A stretch of 60,922 nucleotides of DNA from an uncultured Clostridia bacterium (GCA_947625165.1 CANQNH010000001.1:1-60922); one strand, 5' to 3'. Counted from the stretch's first letter, positions 15,302-26,074 are shown. Numbers and translations are program-made. Notes: generated by a model not told the origin, from the letters alone.

Positions 15302-15760
15302 TCACATGCCTTTGCCGGCGTTGTCGATGTGTTTGACAATGTTTTTTGCACCGTTCTTTTCCAATCGCGCTCTTGGAATTTCTGCATCATAGATTGAAGG
15401 AATGTCAATTTGTGGAATGATGAAAGGAAAGCCGTCATATTTCAGACATATTCTGTTAAAGTTCCTCTGAGTGCCGTCAGCATACAAAAATGGCGCTTCC
15501 TTGACCGGAATTGGCACAACAATGCTGCCATCTTTTTTTGCTTTCTTGACCATATCTTTGGTGTCGTCCATAGGGCAATATGTTGGCTTGCTTTTGTGCA
15601 AAATCAGAGCAAGTTTGTTGTCAAATCCTTTGACATCTTCAATGCTTTGTGTCAATGGCATGATAATCACCGGCTCAACAATATCCAAACAAGCATCCTT
15701 GCCATAAGTTTGTTTCATTGCGGTTTCCAATTGTCTGAAAGTGATTGTTTTTTTCTTCAT
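15302..15760 (-). CDS. hypothetical protein
   Basis: MKKKTITFRQ start at 15760. The track ORF extends to 15823. No motif. Confidence 0.5.
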   Translation of the reverse strand: MKKKTITFRQLETAMKQTYGKDACLDIVEPVIIMPLTQSIEDVKGFDNKLALILHKSKPTYCPMDDTKDMVKKAKKDGSIVVPIPVKEAPFLYADGTQRNFNRICLKYDGFPFIIPQIDIPSIYDAEIPRARLEKNGAKNIVKHIDNAGKGM

Positions 15761-15856
15761 TTTTTCATCCCCATTTGTTTTGATTTTCAGTGCAAGTTTA
15801 TCACAAAAAACGGCTGTTGTCAATACCCAATTTCAAACCATTGCTTTGATGGGCGC

Positions 15857-15865
15857 GGGGGGGGG
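15857..15865. repeat. G9 homopolymer, intergenic
   Basis: GGGCGCGGGGGGGGGCGC lies between the aquaporin stop and the upstream region of the 15302-15760 gene. Confidence 0.9.
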
Positions 15866-15915
15866 CGCAACAAAAAATGCAAGCGAAATTGCTTGCACTT
15901 TGTTTGTTTTGTTTT

Positions 15916-16644
15916 TTATTTGTTTTCAGCATTTTCTTTTGTTTGTTCAGCAGATTTTGCCTTCTTTTTTTCAAAGAAGTTGTGAACAAGTGCTGCCAGA
16001 GCGCCGCCAACAAGTGGACCAACAATGAAAATCCAAACTTGGCTGATTGCTGTTGTGCCGCTGCACAGTGCAAACAGGGCAGGGATAAGGCTTCTTGCTG
16101 GGTTTACAGATGTTCCGGTGAAGAACAGTCCCAAAAGATGAACAAGTGTGAGGCTGAGGCCAATCACAATTCCGCTGACTGCTTTGTTGTGTTCTTTGGA
16201 TGTCACTCCGCAAATCACAAGCACAAACACAAAGGTGAGAACAATTTCGCTCACAAGAGCAACAACAAGTTCAGCACCATATGAGTTGGTGTATGGGGCA
16301 AGTGTTTCTTGAACTTCATTTGCGCCAAAACCGCAGTTTTTGCCAAACACAAGCATCAAAAACAGGCATCCAATTGTTGCACCAACAAGTTGGCTTGCAA
16401 CATAAACCAAAAACTCTTTGAATGTGATTTGTTTTTTGATTAACATTGCAAGAGAAACTGCTGGGTTGACGTGACACCCTGAGACGTTGCCGATTGAATA
16501 TGCCATTGCAACAATTGCAAGACCGAAAGCAAGAGATGTTGCCACCGTGTCAACCTTTGTTGCAATTGCCACGCCGCATCCAAAAATGACGAGCACGGCA
16601 GTTCCAATCATTTCAGCAATCGACTTTTTTGCTAATTCTTTCAT
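15916..16644 (-). CDS. MIP-family channel (aquaporin / glycerol facilitator)
   Basis: Two NPA boxes: SGCHVNPAVSLAM and GTSVNPARSL. Six predicted hydrophobic segments. Confidence 0.9.
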   Translation of the reverse strand: MKELAKKSIAEMIGTAVLVIFGCGVAIATKVDTVATSLAFGLAIVAMAYSIGNVSGCHVNPAVSLAMLIKKQITFKEFLVYVASQLVGATIGCLFLMLVFGKNCGFGANEVQETLAPYTNSYGAELVVALVSEIVLTFVFVLVICGVTSKEHNKAVSGIVIGLSLTLVHLLGLFFTGTSVNPARSLIPALFALCSGTTAISQVWIFIVGPLVGGALAALVHNFFEKKKAKSAEQTKENAENK

Positions 16645-16904
16645 AAAAAACCTCCTTTTAACACTTTAATTATAATATTTGTAATGTCGAAATCAAAATA
16701 AAATGATAAAAATTTGGCAAAAAAAAGCGAAAATTTGCATTTTTTATCGTTTTTTTCTGATTTTTTTTCAAAAAAATGCAATTATTATCATAATTTTTGT
16801 TTTATTCAAAAAATCCTGTGTTTGTTTCAGACATATTCACAGGACAGTGGATTTTTTTATTTTTTATTTCTAAAATGTTGCAAAAAGGTTGTTTTATATG
16901 TTTT

Positions 16905-17642
16905 TTAGACTTCAATTTTGAAACCATTTCTGCTCCAAAGCCAAAACGGAGTGTGAACGTCAATTGGCTGAATGTTTGTGCCTTCAAGAATGTTTTTCCA
17001 TCTTTCACTTACAATTTCGCGAATGTTGCTTTTTGTTAGATCTTCTTGCGAAATCACGCCAAGTTTTACACTTGCCTGCAAAATATGTGTGTCGGGGGCA
17101 ACGGAAATTTCTTGGCGATTTTTAAACTTGACACCGGTTTGCTGCATCATAACATAAAGCCAATAATTCAAAATTTTTGTGCCAGACAAATATGGAAACA
17201 TTTTCTTGTTTTGCAAGATATAGTCCTTGATTTTCTTTATGTCATTCTCGTTTTCCGCAAACAGTTTTTTGACACTTCCATCAAAATGATTTTCAAATGT
17301 TTGGCAAAGTGTTCTCCAAATGATTGGCTGCTTGTTTGGTTGCAACGCAACCTGATGTTTTGTCAGTTTTTGTTTCAGTTGGTCGTCACTCATTTCCACA
17401 ACTTTTTGTGGGCAAAAAACATCACAGCACTCTTTGTCAGCATATGTCTGCAAAGCGGACTCCCAAAGTTTGTAGGAATTCCTTTGATAGTTCAATGCCA
17501 TCGGCAAGGTGAAATAGAGAAAATTTTCCTCGCTGTTTTTTGCAAGATTTGGATTGCTGTCCTCTGGCATCCGTTCGCCGCCCAACTTGCCTTCTTTGTG
17601 AAGAGCAATCAGATTTTTGACTTTTTCAATGACATCATTCAT
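16905..17642 (-). CDS. hypothetical protein, HhH-GPD (endonuclease III-like) resemblance
   Basis: LSGTKILNYWLYVM...ISVAPDTHILQASVKLGV resembles G.K.a...l......vD.Hv.R...rlG of HhH glycosylases. Low certainty. Confidence 0.35.
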   Translation of the reverse strand: MNDVIEKVKNLIALHKEGKLGGERMPEDSNPNLAKNSEENFLYFTLPMALNYQRNSYKLWESALQTYADKECCDVFCPQKVVEMSDDQLKQKLTKHQVALQPNKQPIIWRTLCQTFENHFDGSVKKLFAENENDIKKIKDYILQNKKMFPYLSGTKILNYWLYVMMQQTGVKFKNRQEISVAPDTHILQASVKLGVISQEDLTKSNIREIVSERWKNILEGTNIQPIDVHTPFWLWSRNGFKIEV

Positions 17643-17959
17643 AGTTTGATTATATCACTTCAAGCGCAAATTGCAAACAAAAATGATTTTTGTGTTTGAA
17701 AAGCCGTTCTTTGCAAGCAAGTGTGATGTGGGAATGTTGGCTGCCACACGTGTGCAATGGTTGACACATAAAAATCAAAAAGCACGAGGTTTGTGAAGTG
17801 CATTAATGTTTCTTTGTTTGAGAGGGGTGGAAAAAAAGGAAAAAATTAAAGGGCTGATGCGAAAGCATATTTTCAATTTTTGCTTGATTTTGAGATGTTT
17901 GTATAGTATAATAAAACGGCGATAGCCAAAAACTATTTTTGAAGAACATAGGAGTGAAA

Positions 17960-19057
17960 ATGGTAAACGAACAAGATGTCAAAATTTTCAGTGAAATGAT
18001 TGGGAATATTTTTGCACAGGTCAGGCGGGATATTGTCGGACAAGCGGAAGTCATTGAGCAGACAATCATCGCTATGATTGCAGGAGGAAATGTTCTGCTG
18101 GAAGGCGTTCCAGGTGTGGGAAAAACAAGATTGGTGCGCTCGCTTGCCAGAGTGTTTGACTTGCCATTCTCACGCATACAGTTCACGCCAGACCTTATGC
18201 CTGCCGATGTCACAGGCACAAACATCATTGTTCAGGATGAAAAAGGCAATTCTGGCTTTCAATTTCAGCCTGGTCCAATCTTTGCAAACATCGTTCTTGC
18301 TGACGAAATCAATCGTGCAACTCCAAAAACTCAGTCGGCACTGCTTGAAGCGATGCAGGAGCATAAGGTGACTGTGATTGGCGTGTCAAGAAGTTTGAAA
18401 GAGCCGTTTTTTGTGCTTGCAACACAAAACCCGATTGAGCAGGATGGAACATATCCTTTGCCTGAGGCACAACTTGACCGATTTATGTTTAAACTCCTCG
18501 TGCAAAATCCTGAGCCGGAAGAGTTGAAAAACATCATCACAATGACGCAAAAAACAATGAATGAGGTTGCAGAAAAAGCGTGTTCGGGCGAAAAATTGCT
18601 CAAAATGCGCGAAACAGCCAATGAGATTCTTGTTGCCGATGCTGTTTTGGACTATGTCATCAGACTTTGTTCGGCAACTCATCCCGATGGGAAATATGCC
18701 AGCGAAACAGCAAAGAAATATTTGCGTTTTGGGGTCAGTCCGCGTGCTGCGCAGGCGCTTGTTTCTTCCGCCAAGGTGCTGGCGCTTATGAATGGAAGAT
18801 TTAATGTGTCATATGGTGACATCAACAAACTTGCTTATCCTGCTTTGCGACACAGAATTAAACTTAATTTTGAGGCGATTTCTTCACGCATCTCACCTGA
18901 TGAAATCATCACAATGATCATCAACGAAATTGGTGGCAAAAAGCCTGAAAGACTTGAAAAGCCCGAAAAATCGGAAGATGAGCAGTCCTCTTTGAGCCTT
19001 CCAGCCGAAAGAAACGAAAGCAAAAAGAGAGGTATGTTTGGGAGAAAAAGAGGATGA
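17960..19057 (+). CDS. MoxR-family AAA+ ATPase
   Basis: VLLEGVPGVGKT is Walker A and VLADEINRATPKTQSALLEAMQE is Walker B/sensor. The C-terminal region is typical of MoxR. ATG 17960 follows TAGGAGTG. Confidence 0.9.
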   Translation: MVNEQDVKIFSEMIGNIFAQVRRDIVGQAEVIEQTIIAMIAGGNVLLEGVPGVGKTRLVRSLARVFDLPFSRIQFTPDLMPADVTGTNIIVQDEKGNSGFQFQPGPIFANIVLADEINRATPKTQSALLEAMQEHKVTVIGVSRSLKEPFFVLATQNPIEQDGTYPLPEAQLDRFMFKLLVQNPEPEELKNIITMTQKTMNEVAEKACSGEKLLKMRETANEILVADAVLDYVIRLCSATHPDGKYASETAKKYLRFGVSPRAAQALVSSAKVLALMNGRFNVSYGDINKLAYPALRHRIKLNFEAISSRISPDEIITMIINEIGGKKPERLEKPEKSEDEQSSLSLPAERNESKKRGMFGRKRG

Positions 19058-19941
19058 AATCCCGTTTTGATGATGCGTTTTTTGACAAATTGGAGCGGCT
19101 GGCTCTCAACTTTTCAACAACTTTGACGGGCTATTTTGGCGGAAAACATCGGATTGACAAATATGGTCAAACAGTGGAGTTTGCGGATTTTCGTCAGTAT
19201 CAGCCTGGTGACGACATACGCCGAATTGATTGGAACCTTTTTGCTCGACTTGGCAAGCACTTTTTGAAACTATACACGGACGAAAGACAGATGCATGTTC
19301 GGATTTACATCGACTGCTCAAATTCGATGGGGTTTTATCCCGACAAGGCTGAGTTTGCAATCAATCTTGCTGTGGCGTTTGGATATCTTGCTGTTCGAAA
19401 CAATGACAAAGTGTCTTTCCACCTGCTCAAAAATGGTGTCGAAATTGACCCTTTTGGATTGATTGTTGGAAAAAATTCCTTCTTTGGAGCAGTTGCAAAG
19501 ATGGAAGATGTCACTTTTGAAGGAGAGGCAAACTTTGCTGGCATACCAAATGTCCAAATTGGCGTCAACGACGGGCTGGCGGTGGTCATTTCGGACTTCT
19601 TGACAGAAAACAATTGGCAAAAAGCGGTGGACTATTTCCTTTTTCAGAAGCAGCAAGTTTTGATTTGTCAAGTGCTTGGCAGGGAGGAGGTTTCACCGAC
19701 CTACAGCGGCAAATTGGATTTGGTGGATTGTGAAGGCACTGGAAAAGGTGATGAGCGAAATGTCCAAATTTCCATCACGCGCTCGATGATTGACGCCTAT
19801 AAGAAAGAACTTGGCAGATTTGTTGCACAAATAAGAAAATTTTGCGTTTCGCGTGACACAGCATTTCTTTCGGTTGGAACAACTGTTCCGGTGGACAAAA
19901 TCATCTATCGTGAACTTGCCCGCTATGACATTGTGAGATAA
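19054..19941 (+). CDS. DUF58 protein (MoxR partner, VWA-like)
   Basis: FADFRQYQPGDDIRRIDWNLFARL is the DUF58 hallmark, and IDCSNSM is MIDAS-like. It overlaps the moxR stop. Confidence 0.85.
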   Translation: MKSRFDDAFFDKLERLALNFSTTLTGYFGGKHRIDKYGQTVEFADFRQYQPGDDIRRIDWNLFARLGKHFLKLYTDERQMHVRIYIDCSNSMGFYPDKAEFAINLAVAFGYLAVRNNDKVSFHLLKNGVEIDPFGLIVGKNSFFGAVAKMEDVTFEGEANFAGIPNVQIGVNDGLAVVISDFLTENNWQKAVDYFLFQKQQVLICQVLGREEVSPTYSGKLDLVDCEGTGKGDERNVQISITRSMIDAYKKELGRFVAQIRKFCVSRDTAFLSVGTTVPVDKIIYRELARYDIVR

Positions 19942-19967
19942 GAAAAAAATCAAAAAAAGGAGGTTTT

Positions 19968-21032
19968 ATGGATAAAATGTTTGAAAAATATCGCAAAAGA
20001 CTGACATTGATTGGCATTTTCAAATCAATCGTGCTTGCGCTTGCGCTTGCACTTGTTTTTGTTGGCATTGTTTCAAGCATAACTTGGATTGTCAAAGCCT
20101 CTGTTGTTGTCACGGTGGCGCTTGCCGCTGGAATTGGTGGGGTGATTTTTCTTGTGGCATTTTTCCTGTTGTTTTTCAAACACTTCAAGCCAACAGACGA
20201 AATGATTGCCAAACAACTTGATGCGCTTGGATTTGATGAAAGATACATAACAATGTTTGAATGCAAAGAAAACAACTCTGTTATGGCAAAATTGCAGCGC
20301 GAAGATGCAAAAAAGACACTCTCTGGCATACCTGCAAAACTTTTGAAGTTTTCGGTGACACTTCCGATTGTGATTTTGCTTGTTTTCAGTGTGATGTTTG
20401 CAACAGGAACAACCACCGCTTCGATTATGCTTTCTTCAAGCAATTCGACCTCTGAAAAACCTGGCGAAAAGCCGCCGATTGAGGAAACTGAGTTTTTCAC
20501 TGTGACATACAAAGTTTTTGAAGAAGGCACGGGCAGAATTGATGGCGAATTGACGCAAAAGGTGGAAAAAGGACATTACACCAAAGAGGTGACTGCCGTT
20601 GCTGCTGAGGGGTTCAAGTTTGTGGCGTGGACTGACAAGGACAAAAACTTTCTTTCCAATCAAAACAATCCGCGTGCGGAAGTGAATGTGCGTGAAGATA
20701 TGACCATTTTTGCGCTTTTTGAGGAAAAGAAACCTGACGAAGATGATGATGAGCAAGATGGAAGTGGCAGCGGGGACAAAGACCCCGAACTTGGCGGCGG
20801 TGGCGAAAGCGGACAAGAGCCTGACGATGGCGGCGGCCAAGGCGGAAGTGGAGAAGGAAGTCCTCAAGGCGGTGAAAGTGAGGGGCGACAAAACAATAAA
20901 GTTATTGATGGAAATCAAGACTATAAGGAAAATTTTGACCGCGAAGGCTTGGAAAAAGAATTGCTTGACAAAGATTTGCCTGACGATTTGAAAGACATAT
21001 TGGGAGACTACTATGGTGCTTTGAAACCATAG
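19968..21032 (+). CDS. membrane protein with Listeria/Bacteroides-type B-repeat and acidic Gly-rich tail
   Basis: Three hydrophobic segments. FTVTYKVFEEGTGRIDGELTQKV...EGFKFVAWTD resembles an InlB-type B-repeat. A DEDDDEQDGSGSGDKDPELGGGGESGQEPDDGGGQGGSGEG tract follows. Confidence 0.55.
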   Translation: MDKMFEKYRKRLTLIGIFKSIVLALALALVFVGIVSSITWIVKASVVVTVALAAGIGGVIFLVAFFLLFFKHFKPTDEMIAKQLDALGFDERYITMFECKENNSVMAKLQREDAKKTLSGIPAKLLKFSVTLPIVILLVFSVMFATGTTTASIMLSSSNSTSEKPGEKPPIEETEFFTVTYKVFEEGTGRIDGELTQKVEKGHYTKEVTAVAAEGFKFVAWTDKDKNFLSNQNNPRAEVNVREDMTIFALFEEKKPDEDDDEQDGSGSGDKDPELGGGGESGQEPDDGGGQGGSGEGSPQGGESEGRQNNKVIDGNQDYKENFDREGLEKELLDKDLPDDLKDILGDYYGALKP

Positions 21033-21050
21033 TTTGAAAAGGAGAAAAAT

Positions 21051-23012
21051 TTGATTTTACGCTGGCTTTTGCCTGTTGGCTTTGTGGGGCTTGTTGCAAT
21101 CGCAATTTTGCTGGTTGTCTATCTGCTCAGACCTCAATATAGACAAAAACGTATTTCTGGAACAGTTGTCTGGAAACGCGTTGTTTTGCGCACAAAAAAA
21201 CAGCGTCTTATGGTCAGCAACATCCTTATTTTCCTTGTTCAAGCGCTTGTTTTGGCAATTATTGCCGTGGGCTTTGCAGAGCCGCGACTTTATTCACAAA
21301 AACAAATTGCGGGAGAGGGAGAATATGTTGTGGTTCTTGATGCGTCAGCAAGTATGAGGGCGAAATCGTCTGCAAGCAGTGACACTCGTTTTGAGAGGGC
21401 TGTTGCTGGGGCGAAAAGAGAAATTGAAGAATTTTTTTCGCAGTCCGATGACGGCACTGTGTCATTGATTGTTGCTGATGCTGAGCCAACATATCTGTTT
21501 TCCGACCTAAACAAAGATGATGAGGACAAAATTTATGGCGCTTTGCAGACACTGGAATGCTCGCTTGAAGTTGCCAACCTTGACGATGCCATCACTCTTG
21601 CCGGCAAGCATCTGGAAAGCAATCCACACACAAAAATTGCTGTTTTCACTGACACGGAGTTTGGAAATCTTGGCTCGGCGGTGGAGGTTGTTGACGTTTG
21701 CGACAACAGTCACGAGCAAAACATTGCCATTCTTGGTTGCACTGTGGGAAGGGTGCAAAATCAGTTTGTGTTTGAGTTGGTTCTGGGGGCATATGGAAAT
21801 GTGACGCGAAAATGCAATGTTTTTGTGGACATCAAAAATGCGGACAACGGAGATGGTCCACGCGACTTGCATCTGGAAGTTCCAGTCAATTTTTCTGTCA
21901 GCGAAAATTCGTCTGAGCAGGTGCAGCGCATCAGTGTTGTGGCAACCGACGAGCAGTTTGGCGGTCAAGCAGATTGGTTTTTTGATGACTATGAACAGGC
22001 CGAGATTTCCATTCAAAATCTTGAAGATGCCATTCCGGATGATGACAGATTTCTTGTTTATGGTGGCATTCGTGACAAAATCAATGTGGAATATTGCAGC
22101 GAGAAGCCGAACGGTTTTTGGCAGTTGGGATTTGACAATCTTGCCAACAATATGAGCAAAACGCGCGACATCACATTCCGTGAAATTTTTGATGGTGAAG
22201 AGCCGCAAAATGCGGGATTTGATTTTTACATTTTTGAGCATTCAATTCCGACAGGGGTTTTGCACAGCCTTCCAAAAGACGGCATAATTTTGCTGGTTGA
22301 CCCAGATGCCACTTTGAATGATGCGGGCTTGGGGATTTCGTTTGAGAAAAAAGTTTCTCTTGGGCAACTCACACATTGCACCGCAAAAGTGGAGCATCCA
22401 TTGACGCAATATTTGCAGCCGGAAAGGATAGGTTTGACGGAAATTTGCCAAGTTTCAGTTGAGGAAAATTCGCTTTTTCAGCCGCTGCTTTTTGTGGATG
22501 ACAACCCTGTTATGCTCTTGAAAGACACTCCTTCGTCCAAAGTGATTGTGATGCCTTTCAGCATCAATATGTCTGATTTCTATGGCGAGCAATTTCAGAT
22601 TTTTCTGTATAATTTGGTCAACAACTTTTTGCCTGTCACTCTGACAAGTTCTGATTTTGAATTGGGCGACACAACGCAGTTTTATTGCAAAGGTGAAACG
22701 ATTGAAGTTGAGCACAATGGAAATGCAGAAACATTTTCGCAGTTTCCTGCGCAGTTCACTTTCCGTGATGTTGGAACTTACACCTTCACCACCACTTTTG
22801 GACTTGAAAAACAGGACGAGGTGCGAAGGGTTTATGTCCATCTGGCAACACAAGAAAGCAATTTGTTTCCGCAGTCTGATTTTCGCATCAATCTTGACAG
22901 CAAGGAAGTTGCATCACAGTTAAACGGGCAGGACTTCTTTGTGTGGCTTGCAGTGGCATCACTTGTGCTGATGATGATTGAGTGGTTTTTGCAGTTTAAA
23001 TATATTTTGTAA
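21051..23012 (+). CDS. BatA-like membrane VWA-domain protein
   Basis: The N-terminal double TM resembles the aerotolerance-regulator N-terminal domain. VVVLDASASM is the VWA MIDAS motif. A C-terminal TM helix is present. TTG start after AAGGAG. Confidence 0.7.
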   Translation: MILRWLLPVGFVGLVAIAILLVVYLLRPQYRQKRISGTVVWKRVVLRTKKQRLMVSNILIFLVQALVLAIIAVGFAEPRLYSQKQIAGEGEYVVVLDASASMRAKSSASSDTRFERAVAGAKREIEEFFSQSDDGTVSLIVADAEPTYLFSDLNKDDEDKIYGALQTLECSLEVANLDDAITLAGKHLESNPHTKIAVFTDTEFGNLGSAVEVVDVCDNSHEQNIAILGCTVGRVQNQFVFELVLGAYGNVTRKCNVFVDIKNADNGDGPRDLHLEVPVNFSVSENSSEQVQRISVVATDEQFGGQADWFFDDYEQAEISIQNLEDAIPDDDRFLVYGGIRDKINVEYCSEKPNGFWQLGFDNLANNMSKTRDITFREIFDGEEPQNAGFDFYIFEHSIPTGVLHSLPKDGIILLVDPDATLNDAGLGISFEKKVSLGQLTHCTAKVEHPLTQYLQPERIGLTEICQVSVEENSLFQPLLFVDDNPVMLLKDTPSSKVIVMPFSINMSDFYGEQFQIFLYNLVNNFLPVTLTSSDFELGDTTQFYCKGETIEVEHNGNAETFSQFPAQFTFRDVGTYTFTTTFGLEKQDEVRRVYVHLATQESNLFPQSDFRINLDSKEVASQLNGQDFFVWLAVASLVLMMIEWFLQFKYIL

Positions 23013-23029
23013 CATAAAAGGAGGGGAAA

Positions 23030-25960
23030 ATGAACGCATCTGTGACTTTCTCAACAAGTCCGTGGCTTTTGATGTTGGCACTGCCGTTGATTGCAGCGAT
23101 TTTTTCCCTCGTCTTTGTTCGAAAAAAGAAGGGCGCACGCATCACGCCAAACCTTGTTTTGTCAACAACTCTTCAGTGTCTGGCTGTGCTTTGTTTTGTG
23201 TTTGCCATTTCGGGCATTCGCGTGGAATATGACGAAGTGAATGTTCCAAAAGAGGCTGTTGTGCTGGTTGACACAAGTTTCAGTGCGTCATCTCAAAGAG
23301 AAGGAATGGATGAGTTTGTCCATGACATATTGACGCAAAGTGTCGGGCGCTGCAAGGTTGGAGTTGTGTTGTTTGGTCGCACCCAAAAAGTTGCCATAAA
23401 TCTTGCTGGGCACAACACAATGGACGAGGTTGAACGGGATTATCAAAACTATCTCACCGCGATGGCTCGTGCTCCAAAAGAGGATGCAACCGACATTGCA
23501 GCAGCGCTCAAGTTTGTTTGGAATTTGCAAAGCGCAACAACCTTTATTTCCAATCCTGAGCAAGCAAGAGTTGTCATTCTCAGTGATGGTTTGCAGACGG
23601 ATGGTGATGCCATTAGCGCAATGAAACAACTCACGCGCAGTGGTGTGCAACTTGAAACGTCTTTCTATGCTGACAACTATTTTTCCGACACATCCATTTT
23701 TGAGGTGACTTATCCTCAAAACAACATCTATGCTGGCGACAAGTTTGACATTTCTGTTATGGCAAAAAGTTCGCACTCTTGCCAGGGGCAGTTGCTGATT
23801 GTTGACAAAGATGAGAAGGGGGATGAAATTCAAAAAAGTGTGTCGGTGACTTTGCGCTTCGGAACGCAAAAAATTTTGGTGCCATATTCGTTTAAAAGTG
23901 AAGGGTTTCATCAACTCAGTTTTCACCTGATTGTGCAGGATGAACAAGAGGAGCAAAACAACTTCTTTTGTTCATATTTTGAGTTGACAAAGAAGAACAA
24001 AATCCTTGTGCTTGAGGCCTTTGATGGTGAGGCGCAAACACTGAACACATTGCTTGAAGATGCTGCAAAGAAAGGCAACATTGACATTGAAGTGAAAGAG
24101 GTTGAAACCATTCAAGGCTTGCAGGCAAAAGACTTTGCAAAATACAACGAAGTTGTGCTTTACAACATCGCTGCAAGCGATATGGATGCTGGCTTGCAGA
24201 CCGAACTTGAAGGCTATGTCAACCAATTTGGCGGCGGGTTGTTCACGATTGGAGGGTTTGAAAAGGACGAACATGGCAACATCAAAATGATGCCAAAAGA
24301 AAACAATCCAGATGAAGAAGTGCCTGTTTTGCACAGTTACAAAGAAAGCGACTTGCAGGGGTCTGTGCTTGCAGACTTGCTTCCGGTCAAGGTGGAGGCA
24401 TTTAAACCATCTGTTGCGGTGGTGTTTGTGTTTGACATATCTTCATCAATGACGGGGCAATATTCCGGTGCGGCAATCTGCACAGCTGCTGAGGATGCAA
24501 GATACATTATGGACAATGTTCTTGAGCCAAAGGACTATCTCGGCATTGTCACTTTGCAGGAGGACTATTCTCAAACCTCACCGCTCAGTCCGATGACCAA
24601 GAAAGAAGAATTGAAAAAGTCAATCACCGAATTGGAAGATTTTTATGACTTTGATGCTTGCACAAAATATGCGCCAGCCTTTGAGCAAGCGACGCGTATT
24701 CTTTCCAACGCGCCTTCCGATGTTGCGCGAAAGCATATCATTTTGTTTTCAGATGGGATGCCGGGCGATTTGCTGGATGTCTATGGAAAAATAATTTCAG
24801 ACGCAAATCAGACGCAAGGCATAACGCTGACCGTTGTGACATATTACAAACGAATAACTTATTATGACGGCATTCCGTATTATTTCAACCACGAATATGA
24901 CCGCCCTGGCTATGAAATCAAACTTGACCGAATGAAATCTTTGGCGGGATATGGTGGAGGAAGTTTTGTGCTTTTGTCACGCGATAAAACTGCACACGGT
25001 GTTGCACCATATTTCAAAAAAGACCTCAAACTTGAACAACTTGATGACATTTGCTATCAAGATTTCAGTCCAAGAAAGGGCGAGGAAACCGGACTTCTTG
25101 AAAACATCACTGGTTTGGAACTGCAAAAACTCACTTTGAACGGCTATTTTCCAAGCAAGGTGAAACTGTCAGACAATGTCCACATTCCTCTGCTTGCAAA
25201 CGGCGCACCGCTTTATGTCGAATGGACCTATGGCAAAGGCAAGGTGGGCAGCATCCTCATTGATTTGGAGGGCAAGTGGTCGGGCGACCTGATAAACACC
25301 GACACCGGCAAGACCATTGTTGAAAATATTGTCACTTCGTTGCTGATGACAATTTATGAGCCTCAAAGCACCACATTTGAAGTCACTCTTTCGGAGGAAA
25401 ATTTGCACACACAAGTCAATGTTTTCAATCTTTCTGAGGAAGCGGAAACTGACACAAAGTTTGTTGCTTTGGTGCAGTTACCAGAGCAGCAAAGACCCGC
25501 AAAATTTGATTTGGGAGCGATTTCAAACGGCGGGCGTTTTGTGTTTGAAAATTTGCAGAGTGGGGTTTACACCATCAGCGTGATGAAAGTTCGTTTGGAT
25601 TATGATTTCTTGGGCAGTGATGTGACAAGCCCTGCGGACATCCCAGAAAACGCGCTTTTGGAAACGGTGGTGCTGCACAAAGCATTTTCATATTCCAAAG
25701 AGTTTGATGGCACTGCGGACGCATACACAACGGGGAGGGATTTGCTTTCTGTTTTGTCCACGCGTGAGGCAACGGATGGGGTGGAAAACAGCAAGTTTCT
25801 TTATGATGCCAAACAACTTTTCGAGCCGTATGGCAACATTCATCACATCAAAGAATTGCGCCGAATTTTGCTGATTTTTGCGATGGTGATTTATTTGCTT
25901 GGGATTGTTCTTCGGTTGTTCAAAATAAGGTCTTTCAATCATAAAAAGAAAAAAGTCTGA
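23030..25960 (+). CDS. large membrane-anchored protein with two VWA domains
   Basis: N-terminal TM pair. MIDAS-like motifs are VVLVDTSFSAS and VFVFDISSSM. A C-terminal TM anchor is followed by a KKKK tail. 976 aa. Confidence 0.7.
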   Translation: MNASVTFSTSPWLLMLALPLIAAIFSLVFVRKKKGARITPNLVLSTTLQCLAVLCFVFAISGIRVEYDEVNVPKEAVVLVDTSFSASSQREGMDEFVHDILTQSVGRCKVGVVLFGRTQKVAINLAGHNTMDEVERDYQNYLTAMARAPKEDATDIAAALKFVWNLQSATTFISNPEQARVVILSDGLQTDGDAISAMKQLTRSGVQLETSFYADNYFSDTSIFEVTYPQNNIYAGDKFDISVMAKSSHSCQGQLLIVDKDEKGDEIQKSVSVTLRFGTQKILVPYSFKSEGFHQLSFHLIVQDEQEEQNNFFCSYFELTKKNKILVLEAFDGEAQTLNTLLEDAAKKGNIDIEVKEVETIQGLQAKDFAKYNEVVLYNIAASDMDAGLQTELEGYVNQFGGGLFTIGGFEKDEHGNIKMMPKENNPDEEVPVLHSYKESDLQGSVLADLLPVKVEAFKPSVAVVFVFDISSSMTGQYSGAAICTAAEDARYIMDNVLEPKDYLGIVTLQEDYSQTSPLSPMTKKEELKKSITELEDFYDFDACTKYAPAFEQATRILSNAPSDVARKHIILFSDGMPGDLLDVYGKIISDANQTQGITLTVVTYYKRITYYDGIPYYFNHEYDRPGYEIKLDRMKSLAGYGGGSFVLLSRDKTAHGVAPYFKKDLKLEQLDDICYQDFSPRKGEETGLLENITGLELQKLTLNGYFPSKVKLSDNVHIPLLANGAPLYVEWTYGKGKVGSILIDLEGKWSGDLINTDTGKTIVENIVTSLLMTIYEPQSTTFEVTLSEENLHTQVNVFNLSEEAETDTKFVALVQLPEQQRPAKFDLGAISNGGRFVFENLQSGVYTISVMKVRLDYDFLGSDVTSPADIPENALLETVVLHKAFSYSKEFDGTADAYTTGRDLLSVLSTREATDGVENSKFLYDAKQLFEPYGNIHHIKELRRILLIFAMVIYLLGIVLRLFKIRSFNHKKKKV

Positions 25961-26074
25961 AAACCGTTTTGCTTTCAGGCTTTTTCAATTTTTTGAAGGC
26001 GAAGGTTTTGCAAAATGTCCAGATATGACATCGTAGACCGCTTGGGTCAGTTGCCTATAAGAAATTTTTCGCAA

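Noticed and set aside
17046-17699. 217-aa plus-strand ORF
   Set aside because: It is antisense to the 16905-17642 gene, which has the better RBS, a terminator and the HhH-like motif.
21507-22241. 244-aa minus-strand ORF inside the BatA-like gene, and 19901-20530, 23288-23956 and 34409-35122 in neighbouring genes
   Set aside because: All are fully embedded antisense to genes with recognisable domains. None has an RBS or a motif.
17960-25960. MoxR-VWA operon as the main novel defence system
   Set aside because: The gene order and motifs match the widespread Bat/MoxR-DUF58-VWA type operons. It has no nuclease, protease or other effector domain and no mobile context. It is kept only as a moderate-interest note.
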